Source: Vulcanimicrobiota bacterium
Lineage (GTDB): Bacteria > Vulcanimicrobiota > Vulcanimicrobiia > Eremiobacterales > Eremiobacteraceae
Direction: 5' to 3'
NCBI GenBank assembly: GCA_963812135.1
Contig: CAWETU010000001.1
Coordinates: 1,024,001-1,088,000 of the forward strand
DNA: 64,000 nucleotides
Below the pieces are notes generated by a model. The model was given only the letters and a program-made list of their open reading frames with translations, was not told the origin of the DNA and made no database searches. A program made the translations under genes and the position numbers. Below, piece after piece: positions 1-9,517 of this stretch (its first letter is position 1; each line of letters begins with the position of its first letter).

Positions 1-196
1 GCTTGAGTCTCGCGGGAAGAAGAACGGCACGTCCGAGTGACCGCTGCTATGATGCGTCGCGCACCGCTGAATAGATAGTCTGAAAGGCCTTCGCGACCGC
101 CTTGTCATCCCAGTCGCCGTTGTGATTGTCGAGCATCGACTCCGTCAATGAGGCGGCGATGCGCTTGAGCTCGATCGTTCGGTCTTCGGAATCCAT
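1..196 (-). CDS. hypothetical protein, runs off the window edge (partial)
   Basis: ATG at 196 with GGAGG just upstream; frame MDSEDRTIELKRIAASLTESML... stays open to position 1; no recognisable family. Confidence 0.4.
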
Positions 197-224
197 CTGA
201 TCCTCCATCGGTCGAATAATCTAT

Positions 225-248
225 CGGTCGAGTAAACCCGACCGCTAC
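225..248 (-). repeat. GTAG-type REP-like palindrome, family A, copy 1
   Basis: CGGTCGAGTAAACCCGACCGCTAC; 23/24 identical to 40093-40116; contains the TlpA stop codon. Confidence 0.75.
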
Positions 249-784
249 AGTATCTTTTGAAGGTTGTCGTCGAGGATATCCGCGCTCATCTCTCCGATGT
301 GCACGGCGCGGAGCACGCCGTGGGCGTCGATGAACAGCGACATCGGGATCGCATGGCCGCCGTAGGCGTCGAACGCGGGGCCGCCATCGATGACGACCGG
401 GTAGGTCACGCCATGTGTCTTGACAAACGCGCGGACCTGCGCCGCGTCTTCTTGCTGATCAACGCCGACGACGCGCAGCCCGCGCGAGTGCAGCTGCACG
501 TAGCGCGACTGGAGGAGCGGCAGCTCGGCTTTGCACGGCACGCACCACGTCGCGAAGAAATTGACGACCAAGGGACCGCCCTGAAATGACTCGAGCGGCG
601 TGCGAGCGCCGTCGAGCGTGACCAGCGGAACATCGGGCGCCGGCGCGCCGATCGTCGCGATGCCATAGCGGAGCCCCACGCCGTTTGTCCAGCGCCCGTA
701 GTCCACGTAGAGCAAGGCGGCCGCGGCGCAGAACAGTACGATGACCGCCGCCCATCCGAGCCGTAACCGCATTTCGGGACTCAT
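245..784 (-). CDS. TlpA/ResA-like membrane-anchored thiol-disulfide oxidoreductase
   Basis: N-terminal TM helix, VVNFFATWCVPC (WCxxC), cis-Pro loop AIPMSLFID; start chosen at ATG 784. Confidence 0.9.
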   Translation of the reverse strand: MSPEMRLRLGWAAVIVLFCAAAALLYVDYGRWTNGVGLRYGIATIGAPAPDVPLVTLDGARTPLESFQGGPLVVNFFATWCVPCKAELPLLQSRYVQLHSRGLRVVGVDQQEDAAQVRAFVKTHGVTYPVVIDGGPAFDAYGGHAIPMSLFIDAHGVLRAVHIGEMSADILDDNLQKIL

Positions 785-915
785 GGGATTCCCATTCAAC
801 GCGTCGTATGCTGTTTCCGCGGCGAACATGGCGGGCGCGCTACGATAAGCTTTGTAACATAGATTATTGCGAATATGAAGGACTCACCCGCGCGGCGCCT
901 GAAGCGCCGCCAGTC

Positions 916-1371
916 ATGGAATCATCCAAACGCAACGGAGCCCGCTCGGCAAGCGCCCAAGCGTGGCAGCTGATGATCGAGCTGTTCCAATCGCAGCGCC
1001 ATCATTTCGAACGAGCCGCTGCTGCGTTCGACCTGACCAAGCAACAGGCACACGCGCTGTACGTGCTTGGTAGCGAGGGTCCGCGGACCATGAGCGATCT
1101 GGCCGAAACGCTCGCCTGCGACGCATCGAGCGTCACCGGGCTCATCGATCGCCTCGAGGCGCGCGGGCTCGTGAGCCGGCACAGCGTGCCGAACGACCGT
1201 CGCATGCGGATGCTCGCCGTGACGCCCGCCGGCTCGCGGCTTCAACAGCGCTTTCGGACCCTCGTCTCGCAGCCGCCGCCCGCTTTGGCAGGTCTGCCCG
1301 ACGACGTGGCCCGCGGGTTGCGCGACGCGTTGACGCGCGTGCTCGACGCGAGCCGCTCGCACGCCTCGTGA
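916..1371 (+). CDS. MarR family transcriptional regulator
   Basis: LTKQQAHAL...SVTGLIDRLEARGLV...DRR winged-helix motifs; heads the RND operon. Confidence 0.92.
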   Translation: MESSKRNGARSASAQAWQLMIELFQSQRHHFERAAAAFDLTKQQAHALYVLGSEGPRTMSDLAETLACDASSVTGLIDRLEARGLVSRHSVPNDRRMRMLAVTPAGSRLQQRFRTLVSQPPPALAGLPDDVARGLRDALTRVLDASRSHAS

Positions 1372-1409
1372 AAAGCGAAACACCGCGGCGCATGACGCAG
1401 TACGAGCTA

Positions 1410-1463
1410 GATGTAGAACCCGAGCGCAGCTCGGGTGTTGTCGCGAGCGGAGCTCACGACTAT
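1410..1463 (+). repeat. REP-like inverted doublet, family B
   Basis: GATGTAG-A-ACCCGAGC-GCA-GCTCGGGT followed by a second hairpin GTCGCGAGC-GGA-GCTCACGAC-TAT; the first unit matches 46579-46606 (reverse strand) at 24/28. Confidence 0.55.
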
Positions 1464-1496
1464 GGCAAGAGAAGGATAAGAGGTCTTAATCTTTTG

Positions 1497-2744
1497 ATGA
1501 ACAGTGCATTTCTCCGCGGTGCGGGAGCGTGCGCGATCGCCGCGTCGCTCGCCATGAGCCTCGGCGCATGCGCGGCCAAGCCCGCCCAGAACAAAGCCCC
1601 CCAAGGCTTGCCCGTATCGGTCCAGCCCGCAGGGCGCGGCGACATCACGGCGACATTCACCTTGACCGGCGTAGTCGCGCCGCGCCAGCAAGCGGTGCTC
1701 GCCTCGGTCGTTTCCGGCAACGTCCAAAACGTCTACGTCGCCCTCGGCAAACCGGTGACCGCAGGCGAGCTGCTGGTGAAGATCGACGACAGCACGCTTC
1801 AGGCGCAGGCGGCCGCGGCCGCGGCGCATCTCGCAAGCGTGCGCGCGAGCAACGTCGGCGGCGACGCGACCGCGCAGGCGAATCTGGTTTCGGCGAAGGT
1901 CGCGGCGGACAACGCCGACTCGAACCTCGCGCGCAACCAGTCGCTCTTCAAACAAGGCTACGTCTCGCGCACGGCGCTCGATCAGGCGCAGAGCCAAGCC
2001 GCGGCGGCCGATGCCGCATACCGCGCCGCGCAAGTCACCGCGCAGAACGCGAATCTGTCGCAGAGCGGCGGCAGCGCGCTCGCGGACATCGCCAACGCGC
2101 AAGCGGCGCTGTCCACGATCCAAGCGCAGATCGCGCAGACCAGCGTGACGGCACCGTTCGATGGCATCGTCACGCAGCGCAGCGTCGACCGCGGCGCGCT
2201 TGCGACCCCCGGCACGCCGCTGATCACGGTGTCGCAGCTCGATCCGGCCTGGATCAACGTCGGCATTCCCGACGACGACCTCGCCTACGTGCACAACGGC
2301 ACGCCGGTGACGATCACCGTCGACACGATTCCGGGCCGCACGTGGCGCGCATACGTCGATGTCGTCAACGCGGCGGCGTCATCGGGCACGCTGAGCTACC
2401 TGACGCACATCGTCGTACCAAATCGCGACTACACGTTGCGCGCCGGCATGGTCGCTAACGCGAACTTCCAGCAGGCGACCCATCACAACGTCGTGATCTT
2501 GCCGCGCGTCGCGTTGTACCAGACCGAATCGGGCAACGCGGTCTACATCGTGGTGGACGGCAAGGCGAAATCGGTGCCCGTGAAGACCGGCTTGCAAACC
2601 ACTGACAAAGTCGAAGTGACAGGCGTGGATCCCGGCGCGCAGGTGATCACGCAACGGCCAGACGCGTTGCAAGACGGCTCGATCGTGAGCATCGTTGGTT
2701 CTCAGGGGGGCACTACACAATCTTCCTCTCGAACTTCTCAGTAA
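1497..2744 (+). CDS. RND efflux periplasmic adaptor (MFP), lipoprotein
   Basis: Lipobox LGAC, lipoyl half-motifs (VSGNV...G..V.AGELLVKID; APFDGIV), coiled-coil hairpin, LRAGM. Confidence 0.92.
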   Translation: MNSAFLRGAGACAIAASLAMSLGACAAKPAQNKAPQGLPVSVQPAGRGDITATFTLTGVVAPRQQAVLASVVSGNVQNVYVALGKPVTAGELLVKIDDSTLQAQAAAAAAHLASVRASNVGGDATAQANLVSAKVAADNADSNLARNQSLFKQGYVSRTALDQAQSQAAAADAAYRAAQVTAQNANLSQSGGSALADIANAQAALSTIQAQIAQTSVTAPFDGIVTQRSVDRGALATPGTPLITVSQLDPAWINVGIPDDDLAYVHNGTPVTITVDTIPGRTWRAYVDVVNAAASSGTLSYLTHIVVPNRDYTLRAGMVANANFQQATHHNVVILPRVALYQTESGNAVYIVVDGKAKSVPVKTGLQTTDKVEVTGVDPGAQVITQRPDALQDGSIVSIVGSQGGTTQSSSRTSQ

Positions 2745-5700
2745 ATCGTCCGGTCGCGGTCATCATGGCGATGATCGCGATCGTGTTCCTCGGGTTCTAT
2801 GGCCTGGGCCAGCTCACGATCGACCTGCTGCCCAGGTTCTCGTTCCCGCTCGTCTTCTTGCAGGTGACGTATCCGAACGTCGCGCCCGAGGAGATGGAGA
2901 CGCTGGTGGTGCGGCCGATCGAGGACGCCGTGTCGCAGGTGCCCGGCATCCAACAAGTCACCTCGACATCGTTCGAGGGTTCGGCGACGGTGCGCGCGCA
3001 GTTCAACTTCGGCACCGACGTCGACACCGCGGCGACCGACATCCGCGAGCAGCTCGACCGCGCCAAGAACCGCTTCCCGAACGATCCAAACCTTTCGCCG
3101 ATCGGCATCTTCAAAGCCGACCCGACGCAGCTGCCCGTGCTGATCGTCGGACTCAATGACGCATCGCTGTCCGGGCCTCAGCTGGACGATCTCGTCCAGA
3201 ACACGCTCGTCCCGCAGCTCGAAGGCGTTGCAGGCGTCGCGTCGGCGGTTGAGACTGGCGGCATCACGCGCGAGATAAGGATCGAAGTCGACAACGATCG
3301 CCTCGCTGCGCTGGGCATCCCGCTCTCGACGGTGATCGACCGCGTCGCGCAGCAGAACGAGAACGTCGCCGGCGGCATCGGTCGCGAAGGCTCGACCGAA
3401 TACGAGATCCGCGTGACCGGACTGGTCAAGGATCCCAAGCAGTTCGAGCAGCTGGTGCTCGCCACGGCCAAAGACGGCACGCCGATCATGCTCGGAACGG
3501 TTGCCCGCGTGCTCGATACCGGCCAAGAACAGCGCATCATCGGACGCCTCAACAGCGTCCCCTCGGTTGGCGTGACGATCGCCAAGCAAAGCGATGCGAA
3601 CACGGTCCAAGTCGTGACCGCGCTGTACGCCAAGCTGAAGAGGTTCGAGAAGACCTATCCCGGCTTGCACTACGCGTCCATCTATGATCAGCACAACTAC
3701 ATCTCGGATTCGATCACCGCGTTGCAGCAGAACGCGCTGCTGGGCGCCTTGCTCGCCGTGCTCGTCATCTTGTTCTTCCTTCACAGCATCCGCAGCACGT
3801 TGGTCATCGCGCTCTCCATCCCGACCTCGGTCGGCGGCGCGTTCCTCGCGATGTATCTCGCCGGCTTCAGCCTCAACATCATGACGCTCGGAGGTCTGGC
3901 CCTTGCCGTCGGATTGATGGTGGACGACGCGATCGTCGTGCTCGAGAACATCTTCAGGCGCACGGAAGCCGGCGAAGACCAGATGACCGCGGCCAAGAAC
4001 GGCGCGGCGCAGATCTACGGCGCGGTCATGTCGTCGACCGTGACGGTGATGATCGTGTTCTTGCCGATGCTGCTCATAGGCGGCGTCGCGAGCAAGCTCT
4101 TCCAGCCGTTCGCGCTGGTCGTCGTGTTCGCCGTCGGCGTCTCGCTGCTAGTCGCGTTGAGCGTCGTGCCAATGCTCGCGGCGCGCTTCATCCATCGCAG
4201 CGACGTCGACGACTCGGTCTATGATCCCAACGCGAACCTCTTCGTGCGCGTTCAGGAATGGTTGTTCGTCCGGTTCGGCGCCGGCTACGATCGCCTGGAA
4301 GCGGTATATCGGCGCGTCTTGGCCTGGAGTCTGGATCACGGCCTGGCTGTCGCGGGCATCGCGGTGGCCGCGGTCGTTGTCGGCGTCTTGCTGCTCGCCA
4401 AGGCCGGTTTCGAGATCCTTCCGCCCGCGGTTTCCAACTATATCACCATCAACTACACGCTGCCCGCTGGCACCGCGCTGGCCGTCAACAACGCGTTCGC
4501 GCAAAAAGTGGAATCCGGATTGCGCGCCGACACCGACAACGTGCAGGACGTGTACGGCAACATCGGCACGGGCGGCACGTTCGTCGGCCTTGGCACTCGT
4601 GCGGTCACCAACCAGGGCCAGATCTTCGTCACGCTCAAGCCGTTCGGCCGCGGCAGCCCGCGGCGCGTCAAGACCGACGCCTATGTCATCAAATTGCGAA
4701 GCGACCTCAGTAAGATCCCCGGCGTGCAGGCATATCCCGTCGCCGTCGATATCGTGAGCCGTATCCTCTCGTTCGCCACCGGTGCGAGCCAAGGCGTGGC
4801 GGTGCAGCTGTACGGCCCCGATCTCACCACGCTCTCTGCGCTGTCGAAGTCGGCCGTCGAGTCGCTGCGCGGCCAGGTCCCAGGCCTGATCAACGTGCGC
4901 TCGTCGATCACCGATTCCTCGCCCGAGATGGACATCGTCGTCGACCGCAATCGCGCGGCGGAGCTGAACATCCCGCTCTCGACGATCGCCGATACGGTGG
5001 CCACCGCCACCAACGGCACGATCGCATCGCGTTTCGAGAGCGGTGGCGAGCAGTACAACATCAATGTGATGTTCCCCGAAGGCCAACGCAAGACGGTCAA
5101 TAACATCAACGACATCAACCTCATCGCGCCCAATGGCATGAGCATACCGCTTGCAGAGGTCGCGACGGTGGTCGTCGGCAAAGGCCCGAATCAGATCACG
5201 CGCCAGAACAAAGAGCGCTACGTCGAAGTGGACGCCGACGTGTTGGGCGCGCCGGTCGGCACCGTCACTCGACAAGTTCAGCAGCGGCTGCAAGCGTTTC
5301 CGCTGCCGCCCGGTTACCGCTGGGACTTCACGTCGGGCACGCAAGCGCAGACCGAGGCGTTTGGGTCGCTGTTCGTGGCGGTCGCGCTCGCCATCATCCT
5401 CATCTATATGCTGCTGGCGGCCAAGTACGAGAGCTTCTGGCAGCCGCTGGTCATTATGACGACGCTGCCGCTGGCGATCGTCGGCGTCGGCGTGGGGCTC
5501 GTCCTCTTCAACAAGTCCATCGGCCTGACGGCCATGATCGGCGTGCTCGCGCTCATCGGTATCGTGGTCAAAAACGCCATCTTGGTGGTGGAATTCACCA
5601 ACCAATTACGGGCACAAGGGAAAAGCGTGCGCGAAGCGCTGCTGGAGGCAGGACCGATCAGAATGCGCCCGATCTTGATGACGACGTCAGCCACATGCCT

Positions 5701-6001
5701 TGGCCTGCTGCCGCTCGGGCTCGGTCTCCAGCCGGGCAGCGAGACGCAAGCCCCGCTCGCCGCGGTCGTCATCGGCGGGCTGCTCACCTCGACGCTCCTG
5801 ACGCTATTGGTGATCCCAGTAACCTATCTGAATGGACAACGATTCATCAACTGGTACATGCGCACGCGGTTCGGCCGCGCGCTTGGCGATCTGTTCGGCG
5901 TCGCGCCGCCGGCTGAGCCGGCGTTTGTCGGCGCGACAGACGGACACGCCGAAGCGCTCGACGAGTTCGACGCGCCGCTACGAGAAAAGGAAAGGGTATG
6001 A
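2720..6001 (+). CDS. AcrB/AcrD/AcrF-family RND permease; proposed ATC start at 2720 (first ATG is 2765)
   Basis: About 1090 aa; GLMVDDAIVVLENI, GIVVKNAILVVEF and RMRPILMT motifs; the in-frame upstream codons read (I)FLSNFSVNRPVAV, a typical RND N-terminus. Confidence 0.93.
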   Translation: MFLSNFSVNRPVAVIMAMIAIVFLGFYGLGQLTIDLLPRFSFPLVFLQVTYPNVAPEEMETLVVRPIEDAVSQVPGIQQVTSTSFEGSATVRAQFNFGTDVDTAATDIREQLDRAKNRFPNDPNLSPIGIFKADPTQLPVLIVGLNDASLSGPQLDDLVQNTLVPQLEGVAGVASAVETGGITREIRIEVDNDRLAALGIPLSTVIDRVAQQNENVAGGIGREGSTEYEIRVTGLVKDPKQFEQLVLATAKDGTPIMLGTVARVLDTGQEQRIIGRLNSVPSVGVTIAKQSDANTVQVVTALYAKLKRFEKTYPGLHYASIYDQHNYISDSITALQQNALLGALLAVLVILFFLHSIRSTLVIALSIPTSVGGAFLAMYLAGFSLNIMTLGGLALAVGLMVDDAIVVLENIFRRTEAGEDQMTAAKNGAAQIYGAVMSSTVTVMIVFLPMLLIGGVASKLFQPFALVVVFAVGVSLLVALSVVPMLAARFIHRSDVDDSVYDPNANLFVRVQEWLFVRFGAGYDRLEAVYRRVLAWSLDHGLAVAGIAVAAVVVGVLLLAKAGFEILPPAVSNYITINYTLPAGTALAVNNAFAQKVESGLRADTDNVQDVYGNIGTGGTFVGLGTRAVTNQGQIFVTLKPFGRGSPRRVKTDAYVIKLRSDLSKIPGVQAYPVAVDIVSRILSFATGASQGVAVQLYGPDLTTLSALSKSAVESLRGQVPGLINVRSSITDSSPEMDIVVDRNRAAELNIPLSTIADTVATATNGTIASRFESGGEQYNINVMFPEGQRKTVNNINDINLIAPNGMSIPLAEVATVVVGKGPNQITRQNKERYVEVDADVLGAPVGTVTRQVQQRLQAFPLPPGYRWDFTSGTQAQTEAFGSLFVAVALAIILIYMLLAAKYESFWQPLVIMTTLPLAIVGVGVGLVLFNKSIGLTAMIGVLALIGIVVKNAILVVEFTNQLRAQGKSVREALLEAGPIRMRPILMTTSATCLGLLPLGLGLQPGSETQAPLAAVVIGGLLTSTLLTLLVIPVTYLNGQRFINWYMRTRFGRALGDLFGVAPPAEPAFVGATDGHAEALDEFDAPLREKERV

Positions 6002-7479
6002 TCCGGTTCTTTACGATTCTGTGCTCCAGCGTCGTGCTCGCGTCGGCGTCGCCGGCGCTCGCCGCGCCCGCCCCGAAGGCAACGCCGACCCCAATACCGC
6101 TCGGCAACAGCACGCCATCGCCTGGCGCGCAGGCGACGCCGATCCCGCTTAACATCCCGACGGGCATCGCGACGTATCCGCCAGACACCTCGGGCCGCTA
6201 CGGCATCCCGAACACGGGCACGCCTGTGCCGCTCTCATTGCACGACGCGAAGATGATCGCGGTGAAGCAGTCGCCGCAATTGGCCCTCGCGCGCGCGGCA
6301 GCGGATCTCGCCGGCGCTCAGCTCGAGACGGCGAACAGCGCGGCATTCCCGAACATCTCCGCCTCCGGCAATACCGGTCGGCAGCGCGGCCAGAACCGCG
6401 CGGGCACCACGGTCGGCGGCATCACGCCGAACATCTTCACTTCGAACAGCGCCTCGATCGACATCAAGCAGCTCGTCTTCGACGGCGGCGCGACATACGC
6501 GCGCATGAGCCAGGCGAAGTTCAGCCGCGACGCCGCAGAGTTGAGCGCGTTGCGCCAGGTCGACACCGTGCTGTTCAACGTCTCGCAGTTCTACTACGCC
6601 GCGTTGCAGGCACGCTACACGTATCAGGTCGCGCTCGCGAACACGCAGCTCGCGCAGGTCCAGGAGAATCTGGTCGAGGCGCAATATCGCGCAGGCGTCG
6701 CATCGCGTGCCGACGTGCTCACGGCGCAGCTGCCGGTCGCGCAGGCACAGCTTGCCGAAGCGCAGGCAGCAAACGGTGAACAGTCGCAGGTCGCCTCGTT
6801 GCTCAACGCCATGGGGCTCTCATCGGATACGCCGGTCACGCTGACCGAGACGTTCGAGCAGTCCGCGCCGCCGCTGCCGCAGTACGCGACAGTGGAGGCG
6901 ATGGCGCTCGCGCGGCGTTCAGATCTGCTCGCCGCCAACGCGTCGCTGACCGCTGCGCAGCGCGGCGTGCGCGCGGCGCGGGCTGCGCGCTATCCGGTCA
7001 TCACGGCGAACGGCAGCATCGGCACGTCCACAACCAGTCAGGACAGCGCAGGCAACTTCGTGACCAACGGCGGCAACTGGACGGCCTCTTACTCGTTCGG
7101 TCTGGGAGTGACGCTGCCACTGTACGACAGCGGGCTGACCAACGGGCAGATCGCGGCGGCGCAAGCGCAGACCGAGACCGCAGCGGCCAACCTCGCGTCG
7201 ACGCAGCTCGGCGTTTCGCTGAGCGTGCGCCAAGCGTATCTGTCGGCGCAGACTGCCCTGCAACAAGTCCTGGCCGCGAAGGTGGAGCTCGACCAAGCGA
7301 CGACCGTGCTCGACGTCACGAACGCGCAATATAAAGCGGGCGTGACGACGCTGGTGTTGCTGCTCAACGCGCAGGTCGGGCTGACAAAAGCGCGGGGCGA
7401 TTACGTCAACGCGCTGTTCGGGCTGTTCACCGCGCAGCAGAACCTGTTCTTCGCGGAAGGCATCATCGCGAACAGATAG
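5998..7479 (+). CDS. TolC family outer-membrane efflux protein
   Basis: Signal peptide, Pro/Thr-rich linker, two OEP repeats (QYRAGVASRADVL; QYKAGVTTLVLLL); ATGA overlap with the permease. Confidence 0.9.
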   Translation: MIRFFTILCSSVVLASASPALAAPAPKATPTPIPLGNSTPSPGAQATPIPLNIPTGIATYPPDTSGRYGIPNTGTPVPLSLHDAKMIAVKQSPQLALARAAADLAGAQLETANSAAFPNISASGNTGRQRGQNRAGTTVGGITPNIFTSNSASIDIKQLVFDGGATYARMSQAKFSRDAAELSALRQVDTVLFNVSQFYYAALQARYTYQVALANTQLAQVQENLVEAQYRAGVASRADVLTAQLPVAQAQLAEAQAANGEQSQVASLLNAMGLSSDTPVTLTETFEQSAPPLPQYATVEAMALARRSDLLAANASLTAAQRGVRAARAARYPVITANGSIGTSTTSQDSAGNFVTNGGNWTASYSFGLGVTLPLYDSGLTNGQIAAAQAQTETAAANLASTQLGVSLSVRQAYLSAQTALQQVLAAKVELDQATTVLDVTNAQYKAGVTTLVLLLNAQVGLTKARGDYVNALFGLFTAQQNLFFAEGIIANR

Positions 7480-7490
7480 AAACGAGCCGC

Positions 7491-7871
7491 ATGCAGCCGT
7501 CGCTCCGTCACGCATGTTTGCTAATCGCGTGCGCGCTCATTTCTGTCGTCGGCCTGGCCTCCTGTCAAGAGCACTCCAACTCGCCGGTGGTCAACATCGA
7601 CATCCTTGGAAGTCGTGGCGACCACTCATACAAGCCGAACAACATCTCGGTCAACTTGGGGACGATGGTCATATGGACAAACCAAGATTCCGTGCCGCAT
7701 TCGGTGACGGCGCCGGGCGCATTCGACTCAGGCATGATCGCGCCGAACGGCGGCAAGTTCACGTGGATGGCCGCGCAGCAGGGCTCGTTCGACTACTTCA
7801 GCATCACGGATCAGACGATGAAAGGCAGCATCACGGTCGTGGCGCAGCCGCCGGCGGGAGCCTCGCAATAA
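7491..7871 (+). CDS. cupredoxin/plastocyanin-fold lipoprotein with a degenerate copper site
   Basis: Lipobox LASC; VIWTNQDSVPHSVT...FDSG...GSFDYFS...MKGSITV pattern; the Cys and second His ligands are missing. Confidence 0.75.
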   Translation: MQPSLRHACLLIACALISVVGLASCQEHSNSPVVNIDILGSRGDHSYKPNNISVNLGTMVIWTNQDSVPHSVTAPGAFDSGMIAPNGGKFTWMAAQQGSFDYFSITDQTMKGSITVVAQPPAGASQ

Positions 7872-9517
7872 CGTTCCGCTTCGCGGTGACGGCGCTCGCG
7901 CTCGCGACGTGCGTGTGGCTGGCGGCGTGCTCGAAGATCAGCACCGAGGTGATCCAGAACGGCGGCCCGGTGGGCCGTACGATCCCGGGCACATTGCGCT
8001 ACGCGGACATCTCCGAGCCCACGTCCTTGAATCCCCTGTTGCGCCTCGAGGCGACCAGCACGGACATGGACCACTTCGTGTTCGGGTTCTTCTATAACCT
8101 CGACGACAAAGAGCACTTCGTGCCCGAGCTCGCGCTCGAGGTGCCTTCGTATCAGAACGGCGGCATCAGCAAGGACGGGCTCACGCTCACCTATCACTTG
8201 CGCAAAGGCGTGAAGTGGCAAGACGGAGCGCCGTTCACCGCGCATGACGCGGTGTTCACCGAACACGCCATCATGAACCCGGCGAACAATTTGCAATCCA
8301 GGGCCGGTTGGGAAGAGATCGCGAGCGTCGAGGCGCCCGACGACTACACGTTCGTCATCCACCTGAAGAAGATCTACGCGGGAGCGATTTCGACGTTCTT
8401 CGCGCCGCCCGGCGAGTACCCGGTACTGCCTGCCCACCTGCTCGAGAAGTATCCGAACATCAATCAAGTGCCGTTCAACACCCATCCGGTCGGCACGGGA
8501 CCGTTCAAGTTCGTCAAGTGGGTGCACGGCGATCATATCGAGTGGGTCGCCAATCCGGATTACTGGCGCGGGCCGCCCAAACTCAAGCGCATCATCTATA
8601 AAATTGTGCCGGAAGATCAGACCATCCTCACCCAGTTGAAGACGCACGAGATCGACGCGTGGTTCCGCGCGCCGTCGTCGCTGTATCCTCAATTGAAAGT
8701 GCTGCCCGGCTATCGCATCCAGCTCGAGCCGTCGAACCTGTTCGCGCACATCGATTTTTCGTTCAAAAACCCGATCTTCAACGACAAGCGGGTCCGCCAA
8801 GCCATCAACTATGCGATCGACAAGAAGAAGATCATCCACGACGTGACCCATGACGTGCACGTGCCCGCGTATTCCGATCAGCCGTCGTTCTCATGGGCGT
8901 ACGAACCCGACGTCATGCACTACGATTACAACCCCGACAAGGCCAAGCAGCTGCTCGACGAAGCCGGCTGGAAGGTCGGTCCGGACGGCATCCGGGTCAA
9001 GGACGGCCAACGGCTGGCCTTCACGCTCTCGACCGTCGCAGGTGGATCTACCGGCATCGCCGCGGAGACGTTCACGCAGCGCATGCTGCATGACGTCGGC
9101 ATCGACGCGTCGGTGAAGAACTACCCGACCGCGTTGTTCTTCGCCGGCTACCAGCAAGGCGGCATCCTGCAGACCGGCAAGTACGATATGGCGTTCTTCT
9201 CATGGGCCGCCGGCGTCGATCCCAGCGACGACGAGCTGGTCTACGCGTGTTACGGCATCCCGCCCAAGGGCCAGAACAGCATGTATTGGTGCGATCCGCG
9301 CATGGACGCGGCGCAAAAGGGCGCGCTCTCCACGTACGACATCCCGACGCGCAAGAAGTATTATTCGATCATCCAAAAGCTGCTCGCGTCAGAATCGCCC
9401 ACGATCTTCAGCTGGTTCGCCAGGCAGATCTATGTGACCAACCCGAACTTCAAGAACTTCAAACCGGCGCCCGCGGTCACCAGCAACTGGAACTCGTGGG
9501 AATGGGAGATGCAATAA
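7868..9517 (+). CDS. ABC peptide/nickel substrate-binding lipoprotein (family 5, OppA/DppA-like) #1; proposed ATA start
   Basis: LAAC lipobox, PELA, LRKGVKWQDGAPFTAHD, GTGPFKF and VRQAI motifs; start uncertain (ATA 7868 or GTG 7886). Confidence 0.9.
   Translation: MTFRFAVTALALATCVWLAACSKISTEVIQNGGPVGRTIPGTLRYADISEPTSLNPLLRLEATSTDMDHFVFGFFYNLDDKEHFVPELALEVPSYQNGGISKDGLTLTYHLRKGVKWQDGAPFTAHDAVFTEHAIMNPANNLQSRAGWEEIASVEAPDDYTFVIHLKKIYAGAISTFFAPPGEYPVLPAHLLEKYPNINQVPFNTHPVGTGPFKFVKWVHGDHIEWVANPDYWRGPPKLKRIIYKIVPEDQTILTQLKTHEIDAWFRAPSSLYPQLKVLPGYRIQLEPSNLFAHIDFSFKNPIFNDKRVRQAINYAIDKKKIIHDVTHDVHVPAYSDQPSFSWAYEPDVMHYDYNPDKAKQLLDEAGWKVGPDGIRVKDGQRLAFTLSTVAGGSTGIAAETFTQRMLHDVGIDASVKNYPTALFFAGYQQGGILQTGKYDMAFFSWAAGVDPSDDELVYACYGIPPKGQNSMYWCDPRMDAAQKGALSTYDIPTRKKYYSIIQKLLASESPTIFSWFARQIYVTNPNFKNFKPAPAVTSNWNSWEWEMQ

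Noticed and set aside
840..880. MarR operator in the AT-rich tlpA/marR gap
   Set aside because: Only a weak palindrome (TATT-GCG-AATA); plausible but not supportable
4148..5605. Long antisense or alternate-frame ORFs (for example 485 aa here, and 9805-11037, 26385-27974, 38802-40037, 41184-42407, 44198-45544)
   Set aside because: They shadow well-supported genes and are Arg/Ala-rich without motifs, as expected from high-GC codon bias
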